From Octopus bimaculoides (taxonomy: Eukaryota), in assembly GCF_001194135.2 (NCBI RefSeq), contig NC_068989.1, positions 81,175,646 through 81,239,645 of the forward strand: DNA of 64,000 bases, in the 5' to 3' direction. Position numbers and translations under genes: made by a program. The stretch's first letter is position 1. Each line of letters opens with the position of its first letter. Shown piece after piece: positions 51,103 to 63,956 of the stretch. The notes beneath the pieces were generated by a model. The model was not told the DNA's origin and did no database searches. It was given only the letters and a program-made list of their open reading frames with translations.

Positions 51103-51281
51103 ATCTTCGAAACGTCGAGTTAGAATAGAGGCAGCTGATGAATAATTCCAAGTGGCTTTCTGTTTTCCTGTGTTTGTTCCGTTGTCTGTAGTTCATTGTT
51201 CTAACGTCCTGTACCCTGATATGCATCTATATACACATGTAGATGAAAGTATATACATATATGTGTGTCTACATGCATATA
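51103..51281 (+). repeat. About 180-bp repeat, copy 2
   Basis: atcttcgaaacgtc...ctgatgaa...gtaccctgatatgcatctatatacacatgt, running into AT-rich microsatellite. Confidence 0.85.
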
Positions 51282-51289
51282 TATATAAT

Positions 51290-51620
51290 TTGTTTCAGTC
51301 ATTTTGACTGCGGCCATGCTGGAGCACCGCCTTTAGTCGAACAAATCGACCCCAAGACTTATTCTTTGGAAGTCTACTACTTAATCTATCGGTCACTTTT
51401 GTCCAAACGCTAAGTTACGGGGACGTAAACAGGCCAACATCGTGGGGGACAAACACAGACACAGAAATGCATACGTATATATGGCGGAATTCTTTCATTT
51501 TTCGACTGCCAAATCCACTCGCAAGGCTTTGGTCGGCCCGAGGCTACAGTAGAAGGTGCCACGCAGTGGGACTGAACACGGAACCATGTGGTTAGGAAAC
51601 AAGCTTCTTACCACACAGCC
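51290..51620 (-). mobile_element. SINE family A
   Basis: Reverse complement of the family A sequence; CpGs largely retained. Confidence 0.85.
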
Positions 51621-54337
51621 AACAATAATGATAGATAGATAGAAATATTAATCAGCTGAAATTATAAGGTAACTGAAAAACTGCGAGTTTAATGCACAGT
51701 ACGNNNNNNNNNNNNNNNNNNNNNNNNNNNNNNNNNNNNNNNNNNNNNNNNNATATATATATATATATATATATATAGTAAGCTGTATAGTTTCTGGTGT
51801 TGATGTTACTACTGTTGTTATTGTCTCAAGGGAGAGCAATCACATTCATAAGGATATAATCTATATTAGTGCGTGTGATTACCGATTGCAAAAAAAAAAA
51901 AAACTGTACATGTGTACAGCATCGATTTGATGACATATATCCAACTAGATGCAAACAAGCAAAACAAACAAAAAAAAACTAATACACATAATCTTTAGTT
52001 TACATTCTTTCAATTCTGATTTAGGACACAGTCCTGTCACACAAGCTAAAACATTACATAACAAAAATCTCTGTTGCATGTGGTATTAAATTGTCTTGGC
52101 ACTTTTAACTAACCTTTTATCTATTTATATTTCAACCACCCTGTTCTGTAGAGTTTGTAAAATAGAGAATTAAGAAAAGTAGTTAATTGTCATTATTTCA
52201 TATACAAGGAAATGACATAAACAAGAGCAGGAAGTTTGAACATTAAACATATATGATGTAAATTTTTACTATTCCACCCGCCTATGTTTAACCCTGAATT
52301 TGTTTCGGGTAGAATGTAACCAAAGAACTTCATAAGACTTAAGAGGTAAGATGTGATTTGAGAGAGATTCCGCTGTTATTTCTAGCAAATCAAATGACCA
52401 CGTAGCGCACTCCCACACTTTCTTTGGAACATAAATTATACAAAAGAATGTAGGTGGCAAATATAAACATCCATAGAAAACGGCCTAAACTTGTCCGAAA
52501 AGAAATGCCAACAGTTCTTTTCTCGCCTAAATTTTACATTTTTTTTTCTTGTTAATGTTGGTGATTTTGTGCAACAAAAAGTTAATTAATACCATATCAC
52601 ATATATCATACGCAATCTGTAAACGTATGTGAGTTTGTATAAGCCAATAACACTACCTCATTGTTTTTAGAATATGATAATCAGAGACACAGACAGACGG
52701 AGAAAACAACAACACTATATAACAAAATAATACTATTTCTCATTCATTATTATAAAAATCAAGAAAAGGTTGAAAAGAAGAAATGAATACGGCATCGATT
52801 TTTGACAAATGTGAAGTTCTTAAATAAAGGTTTGAAATGTTGACATTAAAATTAAGGTAAGACGTAAAGGAAAACAATGATTCAATTAAGGTCATCATCT
52901 GTCTATCATCAGTTTATATAAAAGTACACTTATAGCGAGTAATAACTTTAGACATGATATATTATTTAACTTTAGGTTAACAAATATGATTATGTGGTTT
53001 GTTTTTAATCACTGGTCATTTTAAGGATTGCAAATATTCTACGTCCATAGGGTCCCCGTTTGGTAATCAACAATCAATATGAAAGCCACTGATAATATCT
53101 ATTATAGTTAAAGACTATCTAAGTAACTATGTGTGCATGTGTGTATGAGAGAGTGTGTGTCTTGTGTTGTTTAATTGCATACATATGGTTAGACAATTAT
53201 TTGTCAGGATATAGTAACAGATTGTTGTTATAGCAAAAAGATATATACACACAGCGAGACAAAATTTAGGTCGAAATAGAATCCCTTGATGCAAACAAAA
53301 TCGACAATGAATGAAATTCGTATGATTTTACTATCCTTTCTCCCACGCTGTCTACAAGGAACAAATTATTGAGAAAAGAATATATGGAATTTGAAATTAT
53401 GATTTCAACGCTGATGAGAATAAAAAGAAAAAACACATCGATAATCATCAATTATTTGCCACAAGCATAACAATACATTACAGATAAGCAAACATCGATT
53501 GCGAAAGAAGATTACGGTACGTATTAAATTTGACAAAGAAGCGAAGCCTAAGGGTTTATAAATGAGGGTACTGATGGTGGTCAGATTGTGTAATGTTCAC
53601 GCTTTTATCAAAGAATTATTACTAATAATGATTTCTAAAAATTGGCACAAGGCCACGCATATTTTTGTGAGGAGGGTGTATGGCCGAATATCAAAATCGA
53701 TACCCAAATACCTGACATGGTACTTTATTAAATTAACCCCTCTTCTCCATCGAAGAAAGGAATGACAAAAGTTGAATTCGGAGGAATTCTGATATAGTGA
53801 CAGGACCAAATAGTGAGCTTCTAAGTGGTCGCTCGATTTCCAAGAAATAACAGTTAAATCTTCCGTAAATCGAATCACCATTCGTCTTAAGTAAAATAGC
53901 AAAAAAACACATTGGCTAATGTAGTCATAAAAGGACTGGATGTCACAGTTGGAATGCCGCTTGCTCACAGCCAGTTCTACCCGGTCAGGGTTGACCGGGA
54001 TGAGGGTAGGGAGTAAACAACAATTGACAATAATCAATAATGTTTTCTTTAATAACCATTAAGGGTTGACAAAGACATCGAAGACGGGGTACAGAATGAA
54101 ACAGTATGGAATATCATAAAAAAAGGTATGTAAACAGGAAAATAATAATAATAATGGTTTGTAATGTTATGAAATATTTGCACTCACCTTATCTGGTATA
54201 TATATATTTTGGAGGGAGGGTTTGCTGAAGGAGTGACACTCTAAAATGTGTGAGATTCAGAAGAGAACAAAAACTATCTTTTTTTCTCTTCTCTCTCTGT
54301 CTTTGAATATGTTTATTAGAGACAGACAGAAAGGCAA

Positions 54338-54370
<33 letters not shown>

Positions 54371-54884
54371 AACCCGAATGAGTTTTTGTTGTTTGATGTA
54401 AAAATAATGGCTGCTGCTTGTCACAACAGAAAACTAACCCTGGCTCGTCGTCTGCAATACAATGTCCGTGCACATTAAACCTTAAAACACCTCAATCGTT
54501 TTTTTTTATATATTCTTTACGGAGAAACCTTCTTTGTACTTCCTTTTCCTCCTTTTTCTTCCTTTTTTTCTTCTTCTTTCAGTATTGCTTTGAAAAAACT
54601 CCGATCCCGATGTTATTCGGAGGCATTTTTTTGGGTTCCTTCGTATTCTCCGGTTTTAAGGGAGACCCCGAGAGGAGGAAGAGAATGAAAAAAATAATAG
54701 CATCAAAGAATTAAGTGAGACAAAAGAAATAAGTGATATTATACAACACCATATTGGCCATCTGTAAACTTTTAGGCTAAATGACGTGGTGGAGTGTCGT
54801 CTTGTGATTTTGTAGTGAAGAGCTACCATGCAAGGGGACATAATTCAATTTTTATCACTGCTTTCATTGCAATTCCATTCACGG

Positions 54885-55852
54885 AGGTGGCAACCAGAAG
54901 TATTGTTACCACACCGGACAAAATACTTTGCGGCATTTCTTCTGGCTCTATGTTCAGAGTTCAAATGCCGCCGAGTTCGACTTTGCCTTTCATCCTTTCT
55001 CGGTCGATGAAATAAGTACAGTTGAGCACTGGAGTCGATGTAATCAACCAGCCCCCTACACCCTATCAAATTTCTGGCCTTGTGCCTATAGTTGAAAGGA
55101 TTCTAATTCCATTCAGCAAGCTGGCAGAATCATTAGCACATTTGGCAAAATGCTTAGCAGCATTTCTTCCAGCTTGGTATTCTGAGTTCAAATGCTGTTG
55201 AGGTCAACTTTACCTTTCATCCTTCAGGAGTCAATAAAATAAGTACCAGTTGAACACTGGAGTTGATGTAATCGACATACCCCCTCCCTTAAAATTGCTG
55301 GCCATGTGCCACAATTTGAAATCATTATGATTCTATTCATCTTTAGTATTTTATCTACAAAAGATTTTAATGGCTTAAAATTTTCAGCATCATTTTTATC
55401 ATAATCAGAACAGCAGGTGTTCATATATTCATAAAGAGAGCTGATACAACAGTTTGTGCAATAAACCTCAGCAGACTTTTATATATGGACTGTTTGTGTA
55501 ATGAACCTCAGCAAGTTTTTATATATGCAAAATGGTTTCAAGAATTGTTTATATTATGAACCTTAGCAGGTTTTTGTCCATATTTTTGCTGTGTTGTTTC
55601 TCTCCAAATAGCAGTGTATCAATAAGGGCCTTTTCTAAGGCAGCAAGCTGGCAGAAACATTCGCACACCAGGCGAAATGCTTAGCGGTATTCATCTGCCT
55701 TTATGTTCTGAGTTCAAATTCCGCCAAGGTCAACTTTGCCTTTCATCCTTTCGGGGTCGATAAATTAAGTACCAGTTGCGAACTAGGGTTGATCCAATCG
55801 GCTAGCCCCCTCCCCCAAAATTTCAGGTCTTGTGCCTAGAGTAGAAAAGAAC
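54885..55852 (+). mobile_element. Three direct SINE family B copies (54885-55100, 55110-55330, 55636-55852)
   Basis: Repeated ttctgagttcaaat...ctttgcctttcatcctt...taagtaccagtt...gtgcctagagtagaaa blocks. Confidence 0.85.
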
Positions 55853-56582
55853 AAGGACCTTTTCTGGAGTATTGACAATAACTATGAAGAAATAATATTT
55901 GAACAAAAATTAGTGAATAGTAATACAGAAAATGTGAGTAAGGAAAGCATGGTTGTTTGAGTCTGTTTGGTATATGATGAAAGTAAATATGTCTTCAGCA
56001 TCAAAATGTACAGTTGCCAAAACAGGTTGAATGTCTAGTCAGCCATGCCATATCGTCAGCATCCAATCTGTCACATCCAATTGTCTCATTCTGTAGTTGT
56101 TTGGCTTGGAGTCATAAAACTGCTTGATCAGGTCTGACCTGGGGCTATACAACAACAACAACAATAAATTCTATATCATGGGTGAGTGAAAGAGTATGGA
56201 ATTTGTTTCCTGTGATGGATGCTGTTCTACTTTATTGGAGAAGATACTTGATCAGCAGCATTTTCACTTTTAAAACTATATGAGTTGCTGTCAGTTTAGT
56301 CAGTACAGTATTGTTCTTTAAAGAACAAATCCACTCCACTCCAATCTTGTCAGAAAACTTCAATCAACTGATCTTAACGAAGTTGTTCCCCTTATCTAGC
56401 TTTTTAATTTAGATTTTAAACACTTCTAGTGAAAGTTTTTGTTAACTAATTGATCTGATAATCTCAGCTAATCAAAGGTTTTCAACTTATTATATTAATT
56501 ATATAAAACTCTTGCATAGTGGTATTTAGTAAGCTCAGTATTTCTTCTGAAGTGTTTTCCTTCAGTCATATTGTTATACTTT

Positions 56583-56977
56583 GTGGAGGTGCAATGGCCC
56601 AGTGGTTAGGGCAGCGGACTCATGGTCATAGGATCGCGGTTTCGATTCCCAGACCGGGCGTTGTGAGCGTTTATTGAGCGAAAACACTTAAAGCTCCACG
56701 AGGCTCTGGCAGGGAATGGTGGTGAACCCTGCTGTACTCTTCCACCACAACTTTCTCTCACTCTTACTTCCTCTTTCTGTTGTACCTGTATTTCAAGGGG
56801 GTCAGCTTTGTCACACTGTGTCACGCTGAATCTCACCTAGAACTACGTTAAGGGTACACGTGTCTGTGGAGTGCTCAGCCACTTGCACGTTAATTTCACA
56901 AGCAGGCTGCTCCATTGATTGGATCAACTGGAACCCTCAACGTTGTAAGTGACAGAGTGCCAACAACAACAACAACA
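56583..56977 (+). mobile_element. SINE family C, full length, (CAA)n tail
   Basis: A box tggcccagtggttag, B box ggtttcgattcc; 13-bp TSD ATTGTTATACTTT (56570-56582 and 56978-56990). Confidence 0.92.
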
Positions 56978-57448
56978 ATTGTTATACTTTAAGCTAAAGG
57001 TACCACACAGAGTTTGTGGCAAAAGCACTTATCATTCTATGATTCAATCCATTTAAAAGCAAGCAGACATTACTGGATTACAGCACTATCCCACCATAAA
57101 ATTTCCCTTCTCACACAATATGCAGCTGGATCTCCATATAATTACTAAGTGTTTAATTCAAATTCCACTTGAGGGTGTAACATAGTGGGCGATGGCATTT
57201 TAACTTCTGTTGTGTTCATCACTATGTTTATAAGGTTACCGTTGGTGTTCTAACAACTGTTTTATAACAAAAGCCAACAAAGGAGCCTCTACATAGTCAT
57301 TTGATATGCTAAAAATATTAGCCAAATATCCCTCAAATCAAATCTACTTCTTTCTTTCTTTTATATTTGGGGGAAAAGGCAAGAACACATTTATGTAACC
57401 AGGATGCATTTATGTTATCATTTATGTAATCAGTAAAATAAAGTAATA

Positions 57449-57489
<41 letters not shown>

Positions 57490-58540
57490 CAGACTCCATC
57501 AACTGCCAGAGGGGTGAGCTAGTGGTAATAGATAGCTTCCATTATCTAGGCAACCAAGTTAGTTGCAGAGGTAAATACTCCAAGAGCATAGCTGTAAGAA
57601 TAAGATTAGGCTGGGCAAAGCTCAGAGAGTTCCTATCTCTGCTGGCAACAATGGGTCTCTTTCTCAGAGTGAAAGGCAGATTGTATGATGCTTGTGTGCA
57701 AACAGCTATGCTACATGGCAGTGAAACATGGGCTGTGACAGCCAAGGACATGTGTAAGCTTGAATGAAATGAAGCCAATATGCTTTGCTGGATGTGCAAT
57801 GTCAGTGTGCATGTTTGACAGAGTGTAAGCATCTTGAGGGAAAAGTTAGGCATAAGAGGCATCAGATGTGGTGTGTGAAAGAGACAGCTGTGCTGGTATG
57901 GCCATGTGATGCATATGGATGAGGACAGCTATGTAAAGAAGTGCTGATCTCTAACTGTAGAGGGAACCTGTGGTAGAGGTAGACCTCAGGAAGACATGAG
58001 ATGAGATGGTGAAGCATGGTCTTTGAACTTTGGGCCTCACAGAGGCAATGACTAGGGACTGAGACCTTTGGTGATATGTTGTTTTTGAGAAGACCTGTCA
58101 AGCCAAGTCAAATCGCAATCATGGCTGATGCTGGTGTCACATAATTGGTACCCATGCCAGTGACACATAAAAAGCACCTTTCGTGTGTTGGGCCTCACAG
58201 AGGCAAAATAGCTGAGCTTTTTTCGAGTGTTGTGCCTCATGGAGGCAATGGCCGAGACCTTTGGCATTATGTCGTGCTTGAGAAGAAGACTCATCAAGCC
58301 AAATGTAATCGCCATTGTGGCAGATACCCGTGTCACACAAATGGCATCCGTGCCTGTGGCACATAAAAGCACCCATTATACTCTTGGAGTGGCTGGCATT
58401 AGGAAGGGCATCCAGCTGTAGAAACCATGCCAAATCAGACGGGAGTCTGGGGCAGCCTTCCAGCTTGCCAGCCCCTGTCAAACCATCCAACCCATGCCAG
58501 CATGGACAATGGATGTTAAATGATGATGATGATGATGATG
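57490..58540 (+). mobile_element. RTE LINE 3' 1 kb (post-RT C-terminus and UTR), with stops
   Basis: DSFHYLG...RIRLGWAK...KGRLYDACVQTAMLHGSETWAVT; (GAT)n tail. Confidence 0.9.
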
Positions 58541-58639
58541 GTTACTGCCATTGATTTCAAATTTGTAAGTGTTTGAAGGAGAGGATTTAAGAAAAAAAAA
58601 GTTTAAAAATAAATTTGCTTGGGATTGGACAGATGTGTT

Positions 58640-59420
58640 TGTGATTACAGGATATAATTCTTTTATTGTTCTGTTGCTTCATCTCATTGTTTTGGTGCAT
58701 CATGACATTTTACACCATGCAGATAAATCTGAGCAACAACTTCCCCAGGATGTCAAATATAAGCTGTAGAAATTTTAGTGATTGCTTCAACTTATCCTTA
58801 TTCTTACACATAAGGACAGGTCTTCCTTTAACACAGTATCCCTCTACTTGTTGGCTATACAAAAAAACTTTTTCAGAACTTTTCAGTACTTGTAGCCTTA
58901 GATATTGTAATATTAATTTCATCATCAAGAGTACTCTTAAAGTTTATTGTACTTCCGAGATACTTAAATAATCCAACCCACTTGAGTGGCTTATTGTCAA
59001 TCATCACATTTAAATCTTGAGTATGTTCTGTCCCAGGCTTTGGTTGGAATAAAACTTCAGTCCTCTTGATTTTGATAGTCAGGCCAAATGCATAGGTTGC
59101 TGTAGCAAACCTGTTGGCTATTCCCTGAATTCCCTCAAATGTTTGAGAAATCAAAGTACAATCATCAGCAAACAGGAAACCATGAAGAAATTCTTCCTTG
59201 GTCCTTGCCCTTTTAGGTTTAGTAGACCTCCTGTGCATAACTGAATTTTTTTTTTAGGTTTGTGGATCTCATTTGTTATTGAAGCCTGTGCAGCAAATTT
59301 CATCTTCAGCACTCTTGAGCTACCAACCTTGCATCCAACAACCTTTTCCCCACATGGCTTTAATATGCACCAGAGTCTAGTTATTTGAACAAGAGAGTGT
59401 GATGGGTGACACAAACCTGT
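58640..59420 (-). mobile_element. RTE-BovB-like reverse transcriptase relic
   Basis: FLFADDCTL...FGLTIKIKRTEVLFQPKPG...FKYLGSTI; FADD at 59161-59172. Confidence 0.85.
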
Positions 59421-59434
59421 ATGACCTAAAACAA

Positions 59435-59436
<2 letters not shown>

Positions 59437-59512
<76 letters not shown>

Positions 59513-59516
59513 AAGA
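59437..59516. repeat. (AAT)n(AAG)n compound microsatellite
   Basis: Read directly. Confidence 0.95.
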
Positions 59517-60174
59517 GCAGCACAGTAGCAGCAGCTACCATGTCACAACTTTAGTAATGCAATTCCTGATTATATGGTCTCATAACGAGCAGACTAACAT
59601 AAAGAAGTCATGTGATGTATGTAACTTTATCTTCATGACAAACTAAATACAGACAACAGAGTAGACACACACCACATACACACACACACAGTCATATAAA
59701 TATTAAGTGCTCAGTTTTGGTGGTTCTTGTTCTATCTACTCATTGAATTAATATGTAAATAAATGGTTGAGTATTTCACACACACACACACACGCACACA
59801 TATCCCCATCAACACAATTCCTTGGTAAAATCAGTGTGGCACAATGTGGGTCATGGTTGTACCTTTGGATTACAAGTACAGTTCATCTGATGGGTTTCTT
59901 TATAGTTTTCATTTGCCCAGTTTCACTTGCAAGGCATGGCTCAACCTAAGGCTATGGCAAAAGACTCTAGCCCAATGTGCCTCACAGTTGGAGTTAACCT
60001 GGGATCTTTTGATTGCTATATAAACTTCCTTACCACTCTGCCAAGCATGCAACCTCATTTACACACCTTTATACAGAATGTAAGCAAACTGGTAGAGTTG
60101 TTAGAACATTGAAAAAATGCTTTGCTATATTTATTCCAGCTGTTTATACTCTGAAGTCAAAATAGTGTACTTAT

Positions 60175-60385
60175 AATAATTCTTTCTATGATAGGCACAA
60201 GGCCTGAAATTCTTAAGGAGGAGACTAGTTGATCATACTGACCCCAGTGATCAACTGGTATTTATTTCATTGACCATCAAAAGGATGAAAGGCAAAATTG
60301 ATTTTGGTGGAGTTTGAACTCAGAGTTTATAGACAGACAAAATACTGAGTCATTTTGTCCAGTATGTAATGATTCTGCTAGTTCT
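60175..60385 (-). mobile_element. SINE family B, degenerate
   Basis: ggcacaaggcctgaaatt...aaaggatgaaaggcaaa...tttgaactcaga. Confidence 0.7.
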
Positions 60386-60402
60386 CTACCTTAATGTGTT
60401 TC

Positions 60403-60568
60403 CAGGGCCGGCCCTAGGGTTAATGGTGCCCCAGGCAAACTGAACTTCGGCATGTACAAGCTGACAATCATGGAAATTTCCATGTCTTTGTCACACCCTC
60501 CTTGGTGCCCCCTAGCACATGGCACCCCGGGCAACTGCCCAAGTTGCCAGTACCTTGAACCGGCCCTG
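60403..60568. mobile_element. 166-bp hAT-like MITE
   Basis: TIRs CAGGGCCGG / CCGGCCCTG; imperfect 8-bp TSD TGTGTTTC / TATGTTTA (6/8). Confidence 0.75.
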
Positions 60569-61247
60569 TATGTTTACAATAATAAAAAAAGAGATAAACA
60601 TTTTTGTTATTAACATGTTCTATTTGTTTCTATTTATTTTCTTCATGTGTGTGTGTGCACTTTCTTGTTTTTTTCTCTTACATGTACTGCAGCAATTCAA
60701 ACCTGATTAATGAGAATGTTTAAGTAGAACATATATGACCTATTACAGTTTTTTCCACATAACTAAACAACAGATATTGTGAGCCACTCCTAACAGTTAT
60801 TATTCTCATAATAGCTCAAGAGCTAATTTGCAAGTATTTTCTCTTATTGATATAGACTTCATTTTCTGTATTTAACCAAAAATTTTGTGCACAGGATATA
60901 AAGCAAACAAATTCATAAATCTCTGGTAACTTGAGATTTTAATTATAGTGTTTGTGCTAAGAGTCAAGAAATACGCTTATTGGCTTTCAAGGTGTCCAGT
61001 ATGGCGAGTACCAAATTATTGATAAAAGACAATTAAACCAGTTAGCTTAACTGCTAAATAGGTACAGAATTTTGGCTGTGTGATTAAGTTTCCTTCATAT
61101 CCATTCAGTTTCAGGTTCTGTCTCATTGAGCAGTAAGTTTGGCAAGTAAATATTTCTTCCAAAGCCTTGGGCTAACCAACATTTTGTGATTGGAAATTGG
61201 TAGATGGAAAGTGTGCAAAAGCCTGGTTTTTTACACACACATACATA

Positions 61248-61465
61248 TTGGTTTCAAATTTTGGCACCAAGCCAGCAAGTTCAGGGGTGGGATTAAGCTG
61301 ATTACATCAATCCCAGTGTTCAACTGGTACTTATTTTATTGACCCTGAAAGGATGAAGGGCAAAGTTGATCTCGGCAGAGTTGGAACACAGAATGTAAGG
61401 AAGGACAAAATGCCACAAAGCATTTTGTCCAGCATGCTAATGATTTTGCCAGCTCACTGCCTTAA
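61248..61465 (-). mobile_element. SINE family B
   Basis: ttggtttcaaattttggcac...ctggtacttattttattgaccc...aagcattttgtccagcatgc. Confidence 0.75.
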
Positions 61466-61947
61466 ACACAGACATATATATGCAATTAGACTCTAATTTG
61501 GATTCTATCTGAATAATGCAATTGTATCTACCCCAACAAAGTGGCAACTAACAATAAGTGCACATAACGATGCAAATTTTGCAGTGTGCATTAGTTAATT
61601 ACTGCAGAAACATGTGTAGGTGCAGAAATGAAAAAAAATAATTAACTGCTGAATAAAACTGGATATAAATCTCTATTCTCTTTTATTATAAAAATTCATT
61701 ATTTTCTCTACCAAAAACATGCAGTTGCTATAGAAACATGGATTTACTCATGTGAAAATAAACTGACTCTAGTAAATCAAACTAACTGGAAATTTTTATA
61801 GACTCATGGAGGCTAGCCGGCATTAATAACTGGTACATGTGACTATGGTACCCACATGGAGTTTATATCCCTACCAACAGTAATTTGGAAACTTGTAGAT
61901 TGTTGGTGATTTTTTTCCTCCATCTTCCTTTTCTCTTGGACTTTTCT

Positions 61948-62170
61948 ACGTGGCAGTGAAACATGGGCTGTGACTGCTGAGGACATGCGTAAGCTCGCAA
62001 AGAATGAAGCCAATATGCTCCGATGGATGTGTAATGTCAGTGTGCATACTCGACAGAGTGTAAGTACCTTGAGAGAAAAATTGGACTTAAGAAGCATCAG
62101 TTGTGGTGTGCAAGAGAGATGATTGCTCTGGTATGGTCATGTGGTGAGAATGGATGAGGATAGCTGTGGA
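61948..62170 (+). mobile_element. Internal RTE ORF fragment without the 3' tail
   Basis: GSETWAVTAEDMRKLAKNEANMLRWMCNVSVHTRQSVSTLREKLDLRSISCGVQER. Confidence 0.85.
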
Positions 62171-63740
62171 AAAACATGTGTAGTTTGATGCAGCACAGGA
62201 ACTTACTGACATCAGTGGTGGGTCCCAAATTTGTCACAGTGGGGCATGAGAGGTATGAAGCAAAGACATCTGCTGAGGAGTGAGCATTTGGCAGTGAATA
62301 AGGAAAGGTTGGGTGGTATAGTAGAAAGCAAAGCTTGATGATTTAAGTAGAAAGAAAGGAGAAAGATTTAATCAGAATATAAAACAATAGAAGAACCAAG
62401 GAAAGAGGGATATACACATAATGATTCATTATTGCTGGATAAATAGACTGTCTTCGGAAACCTCACAATAGAATGTCCGATATAAAAAAGCTCTTTATGT
62501 GTTGAATGAATGACCCTTTTGTATATTTTATAAGTAGTTTGCTTTTATAAGATTTCCTTTCTATAGTTTGTGGTAATATTGTTTAAGAGTTGATTGTTCA
62601 TGTTTTTTGTTTAATTCATATACATCATCTATTTATTTGTGAATGCGATAGTTTTATTGGATTTCTTAATGTTCTTCATATCAGAGTGTGGATTAACTAG
62701 AAAACTCATTTAATTTTAAATAATGTCAATGGTGGAATTAAGAAAGTGACAAAGATCCTTCAGTGAAACAATAACAACATTGTTATCATCTAATTTACAA
62801 TATCAGGAACAAAAGTCAGTGAAAATTCATTTAATTCTATACAGCTGGATTTTATCCTGTCATCTTGAAATGATTACTTACAACCATTTCTTAGACTTTG
62901 TTATGGCACACAATACCATCAATGATAATATTATAGAAACCATTTTGCATCCAATGAAAATTTTGACCTTTCAGGAAAACTCTACATGGATTATAAACAA
63001 CATCTGCATATAAAAAGATATGTGATACCTCCAAAACTTGAGCTGAAAGAGCAAAACTGATGACATCAGTTGGAATCAGTCTAACATTATTCTAAAGAAT
63101 AAGTCTAACATTCAAGGTAGGAGAATTTTCTTATTTGTTGCTGACCGGTGTTATTAATGGAATTACATGATTGCAACTGTAAATTGTTTTTTTAAAAACT
63201 AGTTTGCAACAGCTGGAGGAGAGAAGGTTGTAATAGTTGTAAAGTTGCTGAGAATAAAGAAAACAGAAAAAAAGCAAATATAAATCTAAGAAACAACTCA
63301 ACTCACAGAAGTTTTTTTCACTGGTTTGATAGAGAATTTCTAATTTACAAATAAAATTGAAGCTTGATTTCATTGTTGGAACTGGATTGTGTTGTTAAAC
63401 TGTTTCTCCTTTTCTTCCTACTATATAAGCTTGGTAAACTTTGCCTTTATTTATGTTTATTGAACAAGTCACAACACAATAAGACTGCGAAGTTTCAGTG
63501 TATTCATTCTGTTGCAAGTTCAATATATCAACAACTTTGTCAATAATTTCCTACAATCTAGGCACAGGCATAGCCATGTAATTAAGACATTCGTTTTCTA
63601 ACCATGTGCCTAACCTGGTTCACCATAGTACATAGAGCAAAATGACTTTTACAATAGTCAAGAGCTTCACACTGACCAATGATGTGAGTAAAATTTGGTA
63701 TTTGGAAACTGTGTACATAGTATTTGTATGTGTATGTATG

Positions 63741-63784
<44 letters not shown>

Positions 63785-63792
63785 CATACATA

Positions 63793-63956
63793 CAGGATGT
63801 GACGGGTAAATTGTCACCATTTTATATTTTTTATTTCACACACGCACATTGTTTTTGATTTTGTCAACAATACAGTATAATAGGGTCAGTTTTTGATTTT
63901 GTTGACTACACAGTATAGTAGGCTCAGTTGGGCACTGTCTGTGAGAAAAACAGTAC
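63793..63956 (+). mobile_element. Left end of a Tc1/mariner-like MITE
   Basis: TA|CAGGATGTGACGGGTAAATTGTCACCATTTT start and an internal ~38-bp tandem duplication; right end not visible. Confidence 0.5.

Noticed and set aside
56458-56470. TAATCTCAGCT, matching the 5' end of miR-216
   Set aside because: Only 11 nt match and there is no surrounding hairpin.
62700-63540. Patchy protein-like frames on +
   Set aside because: Frequent stops and frame changes and no family recognised; possibly an old transposase relic but unsupported.
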